Notes under the pieces: generated by a model | What the model was told of the DNA's origin: nothing | Databases searched by the model: none | The model's input: the letters and a program-made list of their open reading frames with translations, nothing else | Program-made: the position numbers and the translations under genes | Part shown: positions 25,087 through 36,600 of the stretch, piece after piece | How positions within the stretch are numbered: position 1 is the stretch's first letter | Layout of the letters: the number at the start of each line of letters is the position of its first letter | Assembly (NCBI RefSeq): GCF_009914755.1 | Contig: NC_060925.1 | DNA length: 64,000 nucleotides | Origin: the human T2T-CHM13v2.0 reference genome, Homo sapiens | Direction: 5' to 3' (one strand)

Positions 25087-25528
25087 CTGTGGAGAGAAGT
25101 GGAGGCAGGTCAGGCTTTCTCACAGCCTGGTAGGTGCCTGAGGGAACAGCACCAGGAGGTGCCAGGTCAGGGGTTAATGGGAAAGAGGGAGAGGGACCCA
25201 GGGGGTCTCTTAGCCCTGGAACACCCAGTGGGGAAGATATGGGGAGATGCAAGTTAACCCCTTGTGTCAGCATGCTTCTCCCAGGGCTTCCAGCTGCTCT
25301 GGGCTCTAGAGCTCAGAGTGGAAGCTGTGCTGGGCGAGCTTGACCCAGCTCAATAGGGTCAAGATCGTACCCACTGATCTTGGCCCACTTGTAGGAAAGG
25401 GGCTGGGAGCCCCCACTGGCAAATGGATGGCAGTGGAAAGGCAGAAGCAGCTGAGGCTCCAAACCAGAGCCCAGCCTCCTCCAGTTCAACCCTCCCAACC
25501 ACCCAGCCCTCAAGACTGCTGCACCTAC

Positions 25529-25648
25529 CTGAGACCTTCACCTCCACCACACAAACACTGTAGCCCACGTTGTTGGCCACTGTGCACTGATACAGCCCAT
25601 CATCTGCTCTGGAGATATCCTTCAACACCAGGTCCCCATTGTTCAGGC
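25529..25648 (-). CDS. VSIG8: VSIG8 exon 5, second half of Ig domain 2 (GLNNGDLVL...DDGLYQCTVANNVG...)
   Basis: cactttcAG / G|GTAGGT; 120 nt; DxGxYxC motif. Confidence 0.96.
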
Positions 25649-26296
25649 CTGAAAGTGAAGTGGAGAGAGGCCTGGTCTCTGAGAGCTCCCACCCCAACCT
25701 CAGTCCCTGTGGGGTGGGGGATGGGACACCCACTCTAGAAGAAGGGAAGGCTTATGCATGTGTGTACACCCACACCCACACACACACACACACACTCCAC
25801 TCTCCAGGTGAGTCACCTTCCCCCTGCTGTGAAAGAGATGCAAGAAAGGACCTCTCTCCCAGTAGCAAGACAGGGACACCATTAATTCACTCTGACCTTA
25901 GGGAAATATGTACGCTCTCTGAGCCTTGGTCTCCTCCTTTGTACAGTGAGGACAGGAGAAGCCAGGGGAAGAGGAACTCTAAGGTCCCTCCTAGCTCTAT
26001 TATTCTTTGTTTGACTGAATATTTTCAGCTTCTCTATGTACTAGGAGCTTTACACACCTCCCCCATTTAATCCTTGCATGCCCATGAAAGGTATATGTTA
26101 GTATTCCCTTTCCATATATGAAGAAATTAAGGCACAGGGAGGGTAAGCCACTTGCCTTAAACTTGGAGCCAGTCAGTGTCCCAGCCAGGATTCAAGCCCA
26201 GCTCTGTCTGAGACCAGGCTCCCTCCAAATTCGCCATAGTACTTTTGACTGACTCTCCACATTTGCCTTATCATCTGCTCTCAATAGCAGCTGCTG

Positions 26297-26717
<421 letters not shown>

Positions 26718-26752
26718 TCACCCCCGACTGCCCTCATCCAGGGCCCTCTCAC

Positions 26753-26974
26753 CTTGGTTTATGGAGCTGTGGAAGGACTCCTGGTAGGACAGCTCTGAGT
26801 GGTAGCTGTGCTGGGAGGTGTAAGACCCAGCTCGATAGGGGTAATGGTGCCCACTGATCTTGGCCCACTTGTAGGAGAGGGGCTGGGAGCCCCCACTGGC
26901 ATAGCACTTCAGCACCACATCGTTGCCATATGTCATGTGGCCCTCTGTCCAGCACATGGGCACTGCAGGTCGTG
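26753..26974 (-). CDS. VSIG8: VSIG8 exon 4, first half of Ig domain 2 (ARPAVPMCW...LKCYASGGSQPLSYKWAKISG...SSINQ)
   Basis: ccttgcAG / G|GTGAGA; 222 nt, phase 1-1. Confidence 0.96.
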
Positions 26975-27097
26975 CTGCAAGGAGGCAGACAATTGTAAGC
27001 CAGGGCCCAGCCAAGAGACAGAGCCAGGCTCAAAGTGGCCAAGCTGCCCTTGGCTCTTAAGCCAGGGGGAGAGGAGCTTAGAGGAGTCTGGCCATAC

Positions 27098-27299
27098 CTT
27101 GGACAGTGACAATGACCTTCCGGGTGGCCATGGTGGTCTTCTTCACCCGGCACTCATAAGTGGCTGTATCAGATACCTGCAGGTTCATGAGGTTGATGGA
27201 GGCATCGTACTGGCTTGGGTCTGAGGCTGCAAAGCGGACCCTCTGCTGCAGATGGGGAAGGCTGCCATGGTTGATCCTCTTGTCCTGGTAACTAAGGAA
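27098..27299 (-). CDS. VSIG8: VSIG8 exon 3, second half of IgV (FLSYQDKR...DTATYECRV...VIVTVQ)
   Basis: cttcacAG / G|GTATGG; 202 nt, phase 0-1. Confidence 0.96.
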
Positions 27300-27741
27300 C
27301 TGTGAAGAGGAGAGGAAAACAGGTGGTGAAACAGGCAGAGCCAAGGAGGGCCATGTGGATTGGCTGCTTTGGGCAATTCACTGAACTTCTCTGAGACTCT
27401 TTTCTCAGCTGAAAAAATGAGAATAATGATGCCTGAGCCACTGACCTCTTACAGAACTGGTGAGATCAGGTGAGATCAAGCACTTGGAAAGATATATGGT
27501 CAGACTGGGAACTTTTTGAAGGCAAAGACTACAACTTATCTTCCTTTTAGAATGGGATGGGAGGAGGTAGACTGACTGGCTAGCTTAATTCACAATTGCA
27601 GAGCTCTCATCCCCATTGCCTCATTCCCTGAAAGGCCTTGGGGGAGGTTCAAGGTCAGTCTTCTCCCTTTGGGATGTTGGCTGTCCAACAGGTAGACATC
27701 ATGAAGCCTAGAGGAAGGAGACCCCTGTGCCCAGCACTCAC

Positions 27742-27920
27742 CACGTTCTCTCGGTGGTGGGCGGGGTCTGAGTTGACCTGCATCCACTCGATGTCCAGCC
27801 CATTGGGACCATAGTCCTCAGGGTCCAGGACGTAGGGGCAGCCCAGCCTCACATTATCACCTTCTGCCAGGTACAGGACCTCCTGTCCATCCCCGTTGAT
27901 CCGCACAGCAGACAGCAGTG
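27742..27920 (-). CDS. VSIG8: VSIG8 exon 2, first half of IgV (LLSAVRING...LGCPY...LDIEW...HRENV)
   Basis: cccctAG / GTG|GTGAGT; 179 nt; V domain split by a phase-0 intron as in CTX-family genes. Confidence 0.96.
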
Positions 27921-28059
27921 CTAGGGGGAGGGCAGAGAAGATGGGGTGGTAGGAGCAGAAGCAAGGCTTCAGGAGGAGTCAGTGTCAGCCCTTCCCTTCA
28001 TATTCTCTGTCCACGGCACCCAGAGGTCAGCAGTGCTTTCATAAAAAGGAGGGCTGCTC

Positions 28060-28800
28060 GTAGTGGGTGTGTATGTGTGTGTGCATGAATTGTCACAGGC
28101 ATATAACAGCTATACATATAGCTGTTATATATGTAGCTGTTATGTATGCTTGTATGTATATATGATTATGTGTATGCATGTATGAATATGTACACGTATG
28201 TACATTGTATGCTTATGAGTATTTGTGGCTGTTTATGTGTACTGTGAGGATATTCATGTACATGACCACGTAGCGTGTCTGCTTATATATTTATATGATA
28301 GTGTGGATGTGTTTGTGTGTGTGAAGGCATGTGGTACACACAGAGTTGTTAAATGCTCTGATAGAAGAGCCTGGCTGATTAAATGTCACCTATGTGGGCT
28401 CTGTCTGGGCTGAGTGAAGTCCTCCTGTCCAGAGGCAGCGGGGTGGTTACAATGGCTTCTGGGACTCCTCTCCAGCCTGAGAAGCCAAAGACTAAGTGTG
28501 TCTATGTGTGTCTGTGTATGACAGTGTGAGTCTGTGGCTGTATGCCTCTGTGTGGTTTTGTATAGTGATGTGTGACCATGTGAGCTATGTAAGTGCTTAA
28601 AAGTGACAGTGTGTGCTTGTGCATGACAGTGGACAGCTGTGACCAGGAGCCTGGCTGTGTTCGTGTGTGATAGTGAGTGATGGTGTGTGCCTGGGACTAT
28701 GGCCACAGGTATCTGTAGGACATTGTGAGTCTTTCTTGACTACACAGCATTGTGTACTGTGTGTGCTTCCTCTTATGTGATTGTGTGGCTCGCATGCAGC
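28060..28800. repeat. Degenerate (TG/TA)n low-complexity tract in VSIG8 intron 1
   Basis: direct reading. Confidence 0.8.
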
Positions 28801-31480
28801 TGCCCCCACAAGCTGGCTTCCAGTGAGGCCCCTCCTGCCACTGAGTCAGTGGCAGGCAATCCTGGGTGAGGAGCCAGGATCCCAGGACCCAGGAGCTCAG
28901 GACTGAGCTCTTGTCCCTCCCTACCCTGAAGCCCCAGGCAGGCCTATCCCCAACCGGTTGGACCTAGAGAGGGATAAGACCGGGGGGTGTAGCCAGGGCC
29001 CCACCCTGGACACTCTGCCCTCCACCTCCCAGTCTCCAGCAACCCTGCCTCTGCAGGCCCCTCACCAGGCCTCACACACTCTCCGTCTGCGTTCTTTTTT
29101 GAGTCAACATGTCTTCTGGAGTCACAGCCCCAGGTCTCAGCAATCATTCTGTTCTATCATGTGGCTCAGGACCATGTTTACACATAGAGATCTCACACAT
29201 GCACACACACAATTACACCATCACAGGCAAACAAATCGGCACGTGGCCCACTCTTACAAGGCTTCAAAATGCAGATACATACCTATATGGCCCCACCTTC
29301 CTACAAACACAGACACTATATAGATTCATTCAGACACAGACACAATCTGCACACAAACACAGAACATATTAATTCAAAAGACACACCCACCGTGTGTTCA
29401 TATAGTCCCTGTATGTGTTCATTCAAGACCAGACATATCTATGGAAGCCCTGCCAGGAAGGCTTAGCCTGGCTCCAGAGAGGCCAGCAAGGGCCCTTTCA
29501 ACACCCTCAACAGCTCAGGGATCCCTGAACATCCCCCCTAGGAACACTGGCTGGGCCATCAGCTCTGTCATAACCCAGCTAGACTCCAAGGTGACCCAGA
29601 GCAGGCAGGCTGACTGCTGGGGCTCTAACGGGACCTAGTGATGCCTCTTCCAGCTCCAGGCCAAGAGAACAACAGCTCATTCCTGAGATAAGGATCCTGC
29701 TGCCATCTGCCAGATCCTGAGGCTGCTCAAGGCAAGCCAGGGATGAGCCAGAACTCGGCTGAGAGCAGAGGCTCCACCCTGGAGAAGCACCGCTGGAAGC
29801 ACCCACACAGGAAGGACTCTCTCCATGCCATAGGAGCCTGCCAGGCAGGATGGTAAGCATTCAGGGAGAGGGGCTTGGGAAGGAGCGACAGGCTGCAAGA
29901 AAAGCACCTCCACCCTGCACCAGGCTGAGAGATTCTTCAATTGTCCCAGACCAGGGAGCCTCACCCAGCTTTTCTATCTCCTTAGAAGTCTTCTCAACCT
30001 CCTCCCAAGGGTTCCAGCCTTTCCGCACCCCTCCCTCTCCTTGGGAAGTTGCTCCTAATGTCTCACCTTGATTCCTCTTGCTGTAGCACTAAGGAAGTAC
30101 TACAGGGAATGTGAGAGGAGAGGCTGGAGAGAGGGAAGAAAGGCAAAGTGGAAGAGAGAGCTGGATGGGAGACTTGAGGAGAGACAGGAATGGAGGAATC
30201 ACATGGGCTCTCCAAGGAAGAGGACAGTGGTGATTCTTTGCCCCCCAAAAGCACCAGAAACTGGCCATGCTTTACGGGGTGTCATCTCAATAGTGGTGCC
30301 TACTCTCTGCTTGCAAATTCTTTCTGAATCTTCAAGGTGCTTCCAGAACTCCTGATCTTCCCTCTGGAGGTAAGGGAGGGGAGAAAAGGCGGCTCCAGCT
30401 GAGGGTATTGATGCGTTAATGCAGCCAGTGCTGAGTTGTCCTCACACACCCATTGACACACCACACAGGGGGAAGTCCGGGTCCCCACAGCACAGCTGGA
30501 GCCTCCCGAGTGGACTCTGCCAGCCCTGCTCTCATCAGACAGAGAAGGGCTGCAGCTATCCTGCCGGAAATGTCATCATTCCCATGCGGGTGCACGCACC
30601 CACACACTCACATACACATTCACACTCACACAAAGGCTGAAAATGTCACCCCGCCTTCCCAAATTCCTCCTTCATGCCCCTTCATCCCAAATCCAGACTG
30701 CAAGAGGGACTCGGAGCCCTTTCCAGTGATGTTGGCATAGAATGCCCCTTGGTGGAACTTGCCCCAACCTGGGCAGGAAGCCACAATGTCCAAACTTGAG
30801 CCCTGCCCTGTGGACCTGTCCTGGTGGGGTGAGAAGTCTCTGGAGTTGCCATCCCCACCACCCTCAGGCCTCATCCTAGAGTGGGGCACTGCCCTGTCAT
30901 AGCACAGGGGGCCCAAGGCTGAGGTCTCAGGCCTGAGCTGTCACTGGCCATGATGGAAGAAACCACTCAGACTTACACCAGACTTAGTCTCTTGCCCTTT
31001 CAAGGCAAGTGACTTCCCTGCCCCTTGGCCCTGGCCTTGGGAGAGAAGGAGTAGCGTTGGGAATAGCACACAGTCTGATGAAAATTGATCCTTCCCAAGC
31101 TCCTCCTGAGCCCTCACCCAATGCCCGTGCTTACCCCTCTCCTACCCCACCTCCAGCTCCTGCAGAGCAATCAATCCCTCTCCTCCTAGTCACGGCATGA
31201 GCTTGCAGGGCACCTGCACACATGTGTGAGCCCGACAGGGGACATATAAAGATCCACTCAAAGACCTCTGCACTACAGACACACACCCTGAACATCAGGC
31301 ACAGGGTCTCCTGGGGAAAGGTCCCCTGGTAATACCCACACCCGGCTGCAGCAGGGCAAGGGTGGGCAGCACCCTGCCAGGCAACTCAGGCAGCCCCAGG
31401 CTCCACTGTGAGCCCTTGCTGCCCCTTTCCTTCCCACCTAGCCTCATGCTGGCTACCCTGCCCCCTGCCCAGCCCCGTAC

Positions 31481-31529
31481 CTGGGCTCAGGCACACGAGT
31501 AGAAGGTGGAATGCTCCTCCAACTCTCAT
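31481..31529 (-). CDS. VSIG8: VSIG8 exon 1 coding part, signal peptide MRVGGAFHLLLVCLSP
   Basis: ATG at 31529, G|GTACGG donor at 31480; 49 nt, phase 1. Confidence 0.93.
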
Positions 31530-33384
31530 GTCTCTAGGCTCGGTGTTTCCTCCGTCTGGGCTGGGTATCCCGTGGGGTCGTAGTGGTGGGTGTGAGGGGG
31601 TAGGTGGAGGGAGGGGGAGCTGAGGGCCCAGACACTGCCTGGAGTGGCAGGAAGGTGCAATGAGTGCCCAGCTGGGGAGCAGCTGGAGTTATTTCTATGG
31701 GAGGGAGGGGGCCTGGTCCCCGCCTTGGGGAGGAGTCCCAGGAACCCTAATTAGCAGGGTGACAGGGTGGCCTACCTGGGCATTACCCAGCCCTCACCCA
31801 AGCTCTTCCCTGTCCTAAGAGTGGCACAGGACAGCCAGCGGGACTTGTAATTAGGCACCTGTTAAACTTCACTTCCTCCTGGCCACATCCTCAGGGTGAC
31901 AACAGTCACCTCATTTACAGCTTCCAAGGGCTCCCCTCACCACTCATTTGCTGCCTCCTTCCCTGGGGGAAGTGGGGAAGAGGAAGGAGAAGCCAGGCTT
32001 GGGAGAAAGAGTGGCCAGGACCTGAAGAGTTAATCCTGATCCCAGGGCATAGGGTTCCCCAGGAGTGTCCAGCCCACCTTCCCCCAGGCTTCAGGCCTTT
32101 CAAAGGGACTCAGGCCTCCTGAGCTGAAAGAGAAGAGAAGGGGTGTGTGCAGGAACAGAGTCTCCTCCTGGCTGTCCCCTCTGGAACTGTCCTCCACACC
32201 CATACTCGACTCAAGGCCATCCCCAAGTGTAGGGGACCCCTGGGAGCAGGGGTGCTATGGGGGGTCCAGGGTGTGTGCTAGGAGTAAGGTGACTGATGGG
32301 CTAGTGAGGGAGTGTTGGAGAGAACAGCGCCAAGAGGACCAGGGAAGGGGGTGCCTGTGTAAGCGTGTGCACCCCTCAGCAATGTCTGTGGGAGGGAGGC
32401 AGGATGTCTGTGTCAGGGTGTCTCTGTGAGGATGGCTAAGCCCCTCTGAGTGAACTTCTTGAGGGATCGCTTGGTGTCCTGGCTTCTCTGCCCAGAAAGA
32501 GTAGCCAGGTCTTGAGGGTTAATGCAGTCCCAGTATTAACTGGGTCCTTGAGACCAAGGACCCTCATAACCTGGACTGGTCATCGGGCTGACTAAACCAG
32601 CACAGTTCTGGGTAAGTTCGTGCTGGGGTGGGGAGGGTCCTGGTAGGCATGGGGAGCAAGTGAAGGGCCCCCCCTTGTTGGCTTGTCTAAGGGGGACAGA
32701 ATGGGCATGTGCCTTGTTGGACTCCATGGTGGGAGTCAGGACATGAGTGACCCCATTCAATAGCTCAACTCCCTCAAAGGAGTCAGGGACTGCCCCCATC
32801 CCTACCATGGGGCACAGAAAGGGCAGAGGAGGAAGAGTGTTAGGGAGAGTTATGGGGCTCAGGGATGCTGCCAGGGCCCACCCCTCTGGGGAAAAATAAG
32901 TCAGAACATTAAGGAAACACAAGGAGTCCACGCGTCTCTGCATTCCAAGCCGTTGCACCTGAACTCCCAACAATAACAGGGCGCTCTGAGACCTACCAGA
33001 TGTACACAATGAATATCTTTATTTCCTTATTTATTTTTAGGTTTATGGGATTGTCCTGCTCCCTTTGAAGAGCAGGGATCATTATCCCCATTTTACAGAT
33101 GGGGAAACAGAGACCTGGAGAAACATGGGGATTCAGCCAATGCGGCTGGTGCCTAAGCTGGGATACCCAGGTACCCAGGGTCTCAGTCCAGAGAGGTCCA
33201 AAAAATGGTCTTGGTGATCCTGTGGATTACTAGACCCACTCACGAACAAGAACCATGGAAGGTCAGGGTGAGTGGGAGGGAAAACAGGTCAGACCACGAA
33301 CAGAGAGACTGAGGAGAAAGCAGTAACATTGTGGTTCCACTAAACTACAGTGCAGGCTTCAGATTTAATTGGGTTCTGGATGTG

Positions 33385-33685
33385 GGCTAATGTTAGAGCT
33401 GGGGTTAAGTTTGGGGTTAGTTGAATTATGAATGAGGTTGAGGTCAGATTTGAGGTTGGGATTAGAGTTAAGGTTGGGATTAGGGTTAGAAATACAGCTA
33501 GAATTGAGGCTCAGGTTTATGGCTGGGATTTGTGTTACGATAAGGAATAGAGTTTTAGTTTCATTTACAGCTCTGCCTGGGAATACAGTTAGGGCTAAAT
33601 CAAAGGCTGGGTTTAGATTGATTTAGCATTGGGTTAGAACTAAGTTTGAGATTCACGTTGAAATAGGCTGTGGTTAGGGTTGGAA
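33385..33685 (+). repeat. Degenerate hexameric (GGGTTA-like) tract
   Basis: ggggttaagtttggggttag..gggattagagttaaggttgggattagggttag..gttagggttgg; LRLGLELRLGLGL periodicity in the spurious ORF. Confidence 0.6.
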
Positions 33686-36600
33686 CATGGTTTAAAGACA
33701 CGTAAGCAGCGGGAGTTGATGGGGATCAAAGATGAGGTTTTATTTCTAATATAGAAAGACTTCAGCCTCCATCTGCTAAATCCAGGTTTGGCTAGAATTT
33801 TCAATCCTTAGTGCGGGGAGACTACTAATGGCACATGTTGATTGGGGTCCCAAGACTTGGAGGAGGAAGCCAAATGTACACGAGCCCATCTAAGGGGTAT
33901 GAGGCAACTAAATCCCATAGAGAATGGACCCTCTGAAGTCCTGCTCCACTACTAAAGCTCACCACCTGGCCAAGCTCCAGAAAAACATCTGGGGAGGAGA
34001 CGCAGGAAGCTACTGACAATGAGTTGGGCTCTGACACCAAACCGAACTAGAAGATGGGGTCCATCAGAGGGAGTCTTACTGAGTGGGGAGGAGGGGTGGT
34101 CTGGATTTGGAGTCCTTAGGAGATGGGAGTTGGGAGAAACTGAGGGCCTACATGCTCCTAGAACAGCCACTTTATGGGGCACCACATGGGGGTCTTTCAA
34201 AGCCTGAAAGGGCAGAGTGCCATTGTTGTTTCCCCTTGACCCTCTGAGGCTTAATTGCTACCTTCTTGCAATTTGAGTCCTATAAAAGAAGCTGTCAGCC
34301 TTCCAGCCCTAAACCCTGAGCCCTGCAGGGTTTTCAGGGAGGGCAGCAGTGGGGAGGCTGTGGATGGGGTGAAGGCACTGGGGTGTCAGCATAGTTTCCA
34401 AAGCATATGTCACAGTCCTACAGTCCCCTCCCTCTGGGCCCAGCTCACAGTCCGTGTAAGTCTCTGGGCCTTATCCTCAGCAGTGGAAGAGGGCCCCACT
34501 CCTAGGAAGACCCCGTCCCAATTCCTCCCTCTCATTTTTCCCCAACCAGTCTCCAGCCCAAACATCTCATTTCCCCACCCACTTCCTTTTCAGGTTTTAT
34601 AAAGGTCTGGTCCAGGAGACTACTGGGGTTCCCCCTGTGACCCCAGAGAGAGAGAAGAAAGAGATTGGGAGAGATAGTGATGAGTTAAGGGGCAAAGACA
34701 GAGACAGGGACAGAGGCAGAGGCAGACAGAAAGACACATGGTCTAAATGGCCCCTCCAGAGACTCAGAGGGATACAGAGGAGGCAGAGGGCCCAGGCCAC
34801 GAGCTGGGAACCAATACAAATTTCCAAAAGGGCCCCTTGCTTTTTCCTAAGAAATCCATGACTCTCCAGGGAAGAATGGCCCTGCTTTGACTGGTAGTTG
34901 CTTCTATTCTAAGACAGTAACAGAAAATCAAAGACTGGCTTAGAAAGGAGTAAACAGGGAGATACAGGAGGTAGGAAGAGGCTGGACAAAAACTCAGAGA
35001 AGGCCACAGATTGCTTACCAGATGAAGTGCAGCCCAGCCCCAGAACCTTTCTGGGAAGGACGGACAGAGGGCTTGGGCTGCCTACTCTTCCTCCAAAGCC
35101 TATTCTTCCTCCAAAGTCCCTTTCATGGCAACTCCACCCCACTCCTCTAAGCCCTGCCCTCCCCTGCCTGTACTTGCCCACCCCAACCCCTCTCAGTGGC
35201 CGCCAGACTCCCTGGGCTCAGGCTCAATCAAGCTCCCCACAACCCCTGCCTTGGCTGGCACTGCAATTTGACTCATTCTAAACTCCTCCCCACACAGTCA
35301 GCAAGCTCCTCAGCCCCCTCTCCCAAGTCCCCATGTAGCCCAGGGCTCACCCTGCAGCACCCAGGGAGGAGCTGTCCTGCAGAGGAAACCTCTGAGGTAA
35401 GACTCTGGGAGCAGAAGCTGTGAGTGACAATGGATAGGCAAAGAGTCACAGAGAAGCCAAGGAGCCTTGCAGCTGCTGTCTGTCCACCCAGCTTTCAGTG
35501 ATGATTTGGAGGTGGAGGTCTGCCAGGTGAGGCCATGGTTGCATGAGAAGGGCAGGGGGCTCAGAGGTTGCATGGGTGGTGATGGGACAACGTCGGATTC
35601 TGGTTACAGAGAGGGATGAGATCGACATGTGGGGCTAAGTTTGAGGGTGTGGGTTGGGTTCGAAACTAAGGCTCAAATCAAAGCTGGCAGGGAAGAGCCG
35701 TGAACACAGGTGACACAGGGACTCCCCAAGCTCCTGCTTAGGTTTCCCAAACCTCAGTGGTTCTGACTGGTACACTTCAGAAGAAGTGGGATTCTAGGAG
35801 GAGCCTGGATATGCCCACATCTCTCCCATCAAGCAATGTCCTGAAGCTGACAGACTCAGAAGAGCAAGCAGCACACACATAGTCCCCATCAATTAAAGGA
35901 GTGGCTGGAGTTGTCACTACATCAACAAAGCACAAGAGCAAAGGGAGGCGATTGAATGCCACCAACTGAATTGTTAACAAGAGAATGAGTGGAGGCGAGA
36001 AGAAATCGCTTGTAAAGGCTATGTGATTCCCTGATGACAGATCTGAGGAAGAATGAAGAGGCTTTGAAGATAAAGGTATCTTCACCTCGCCAAGATCAAC
36101 CACATCCTGCAGAACCTTCATTCATTCAGCAAACAGCCAGGCTTTATGCTAGGCCCTGGGGAAATGGCAATTAAGGAGACTCAGTCCCTATCCTTACAGA
36201 ACACCCCATCTGACACGGAAATAGCTCCTGGCCCGCAATGTGGTAAGATGCAGTAATACGTGCAAGGCCCCTGACTTAGTGGCAATGATGTTTAAGCCGA
36301 GATCTGAAGGATAACTAACAACGGCGTGCCAGAGAAAAGAGTAGCGGGTGGAGAGAGGAGGCCAGGGGAATATTTCTGGGCTTGGTAAGTAAGCCAGGTC
36401 CCTGCCAGACATGGACTGAGAAGAGCAAAGCCAGGAGTGACAGCTGATGATTATTTTTTAACTGAGGAAGGAAGATCCTTGAGAACGGAACCTCTTGGGA
36501 CCTTCTACCCAGAACACCAGAGCACCTCACTGGGATCAGAGCCAGGCCATCGGGTGGATTAAGCAACTAAAATTGATTGTCCTGAACCATGAGTCTGTCT

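Larger units (their letters stand above)
23200..25100. promoter_or_regulatory. CpG island over VSIG8 exons 6-7; likely SNHG28 promoter
   Basis: dense CpG/GC-rich sequence against a CpG-poor background; SNHG28 first exon lies inside it. Confidence 0.75.

Noticed and set aside
23223-25141. Long plus-strand ORFs (200, 165, 138 aa) over the VSIG8 3' end
   Set aside because: Stop-poor GC-rich antisense shadows of the CpG island and VSIG8 coding sequence
35777-36121. 114-aa ORF and codon-like opposite frame suggesting a pseudogene fragment
   Set aside because: No recognisable homologue, A-tail or TSD; would need a tblastx hit
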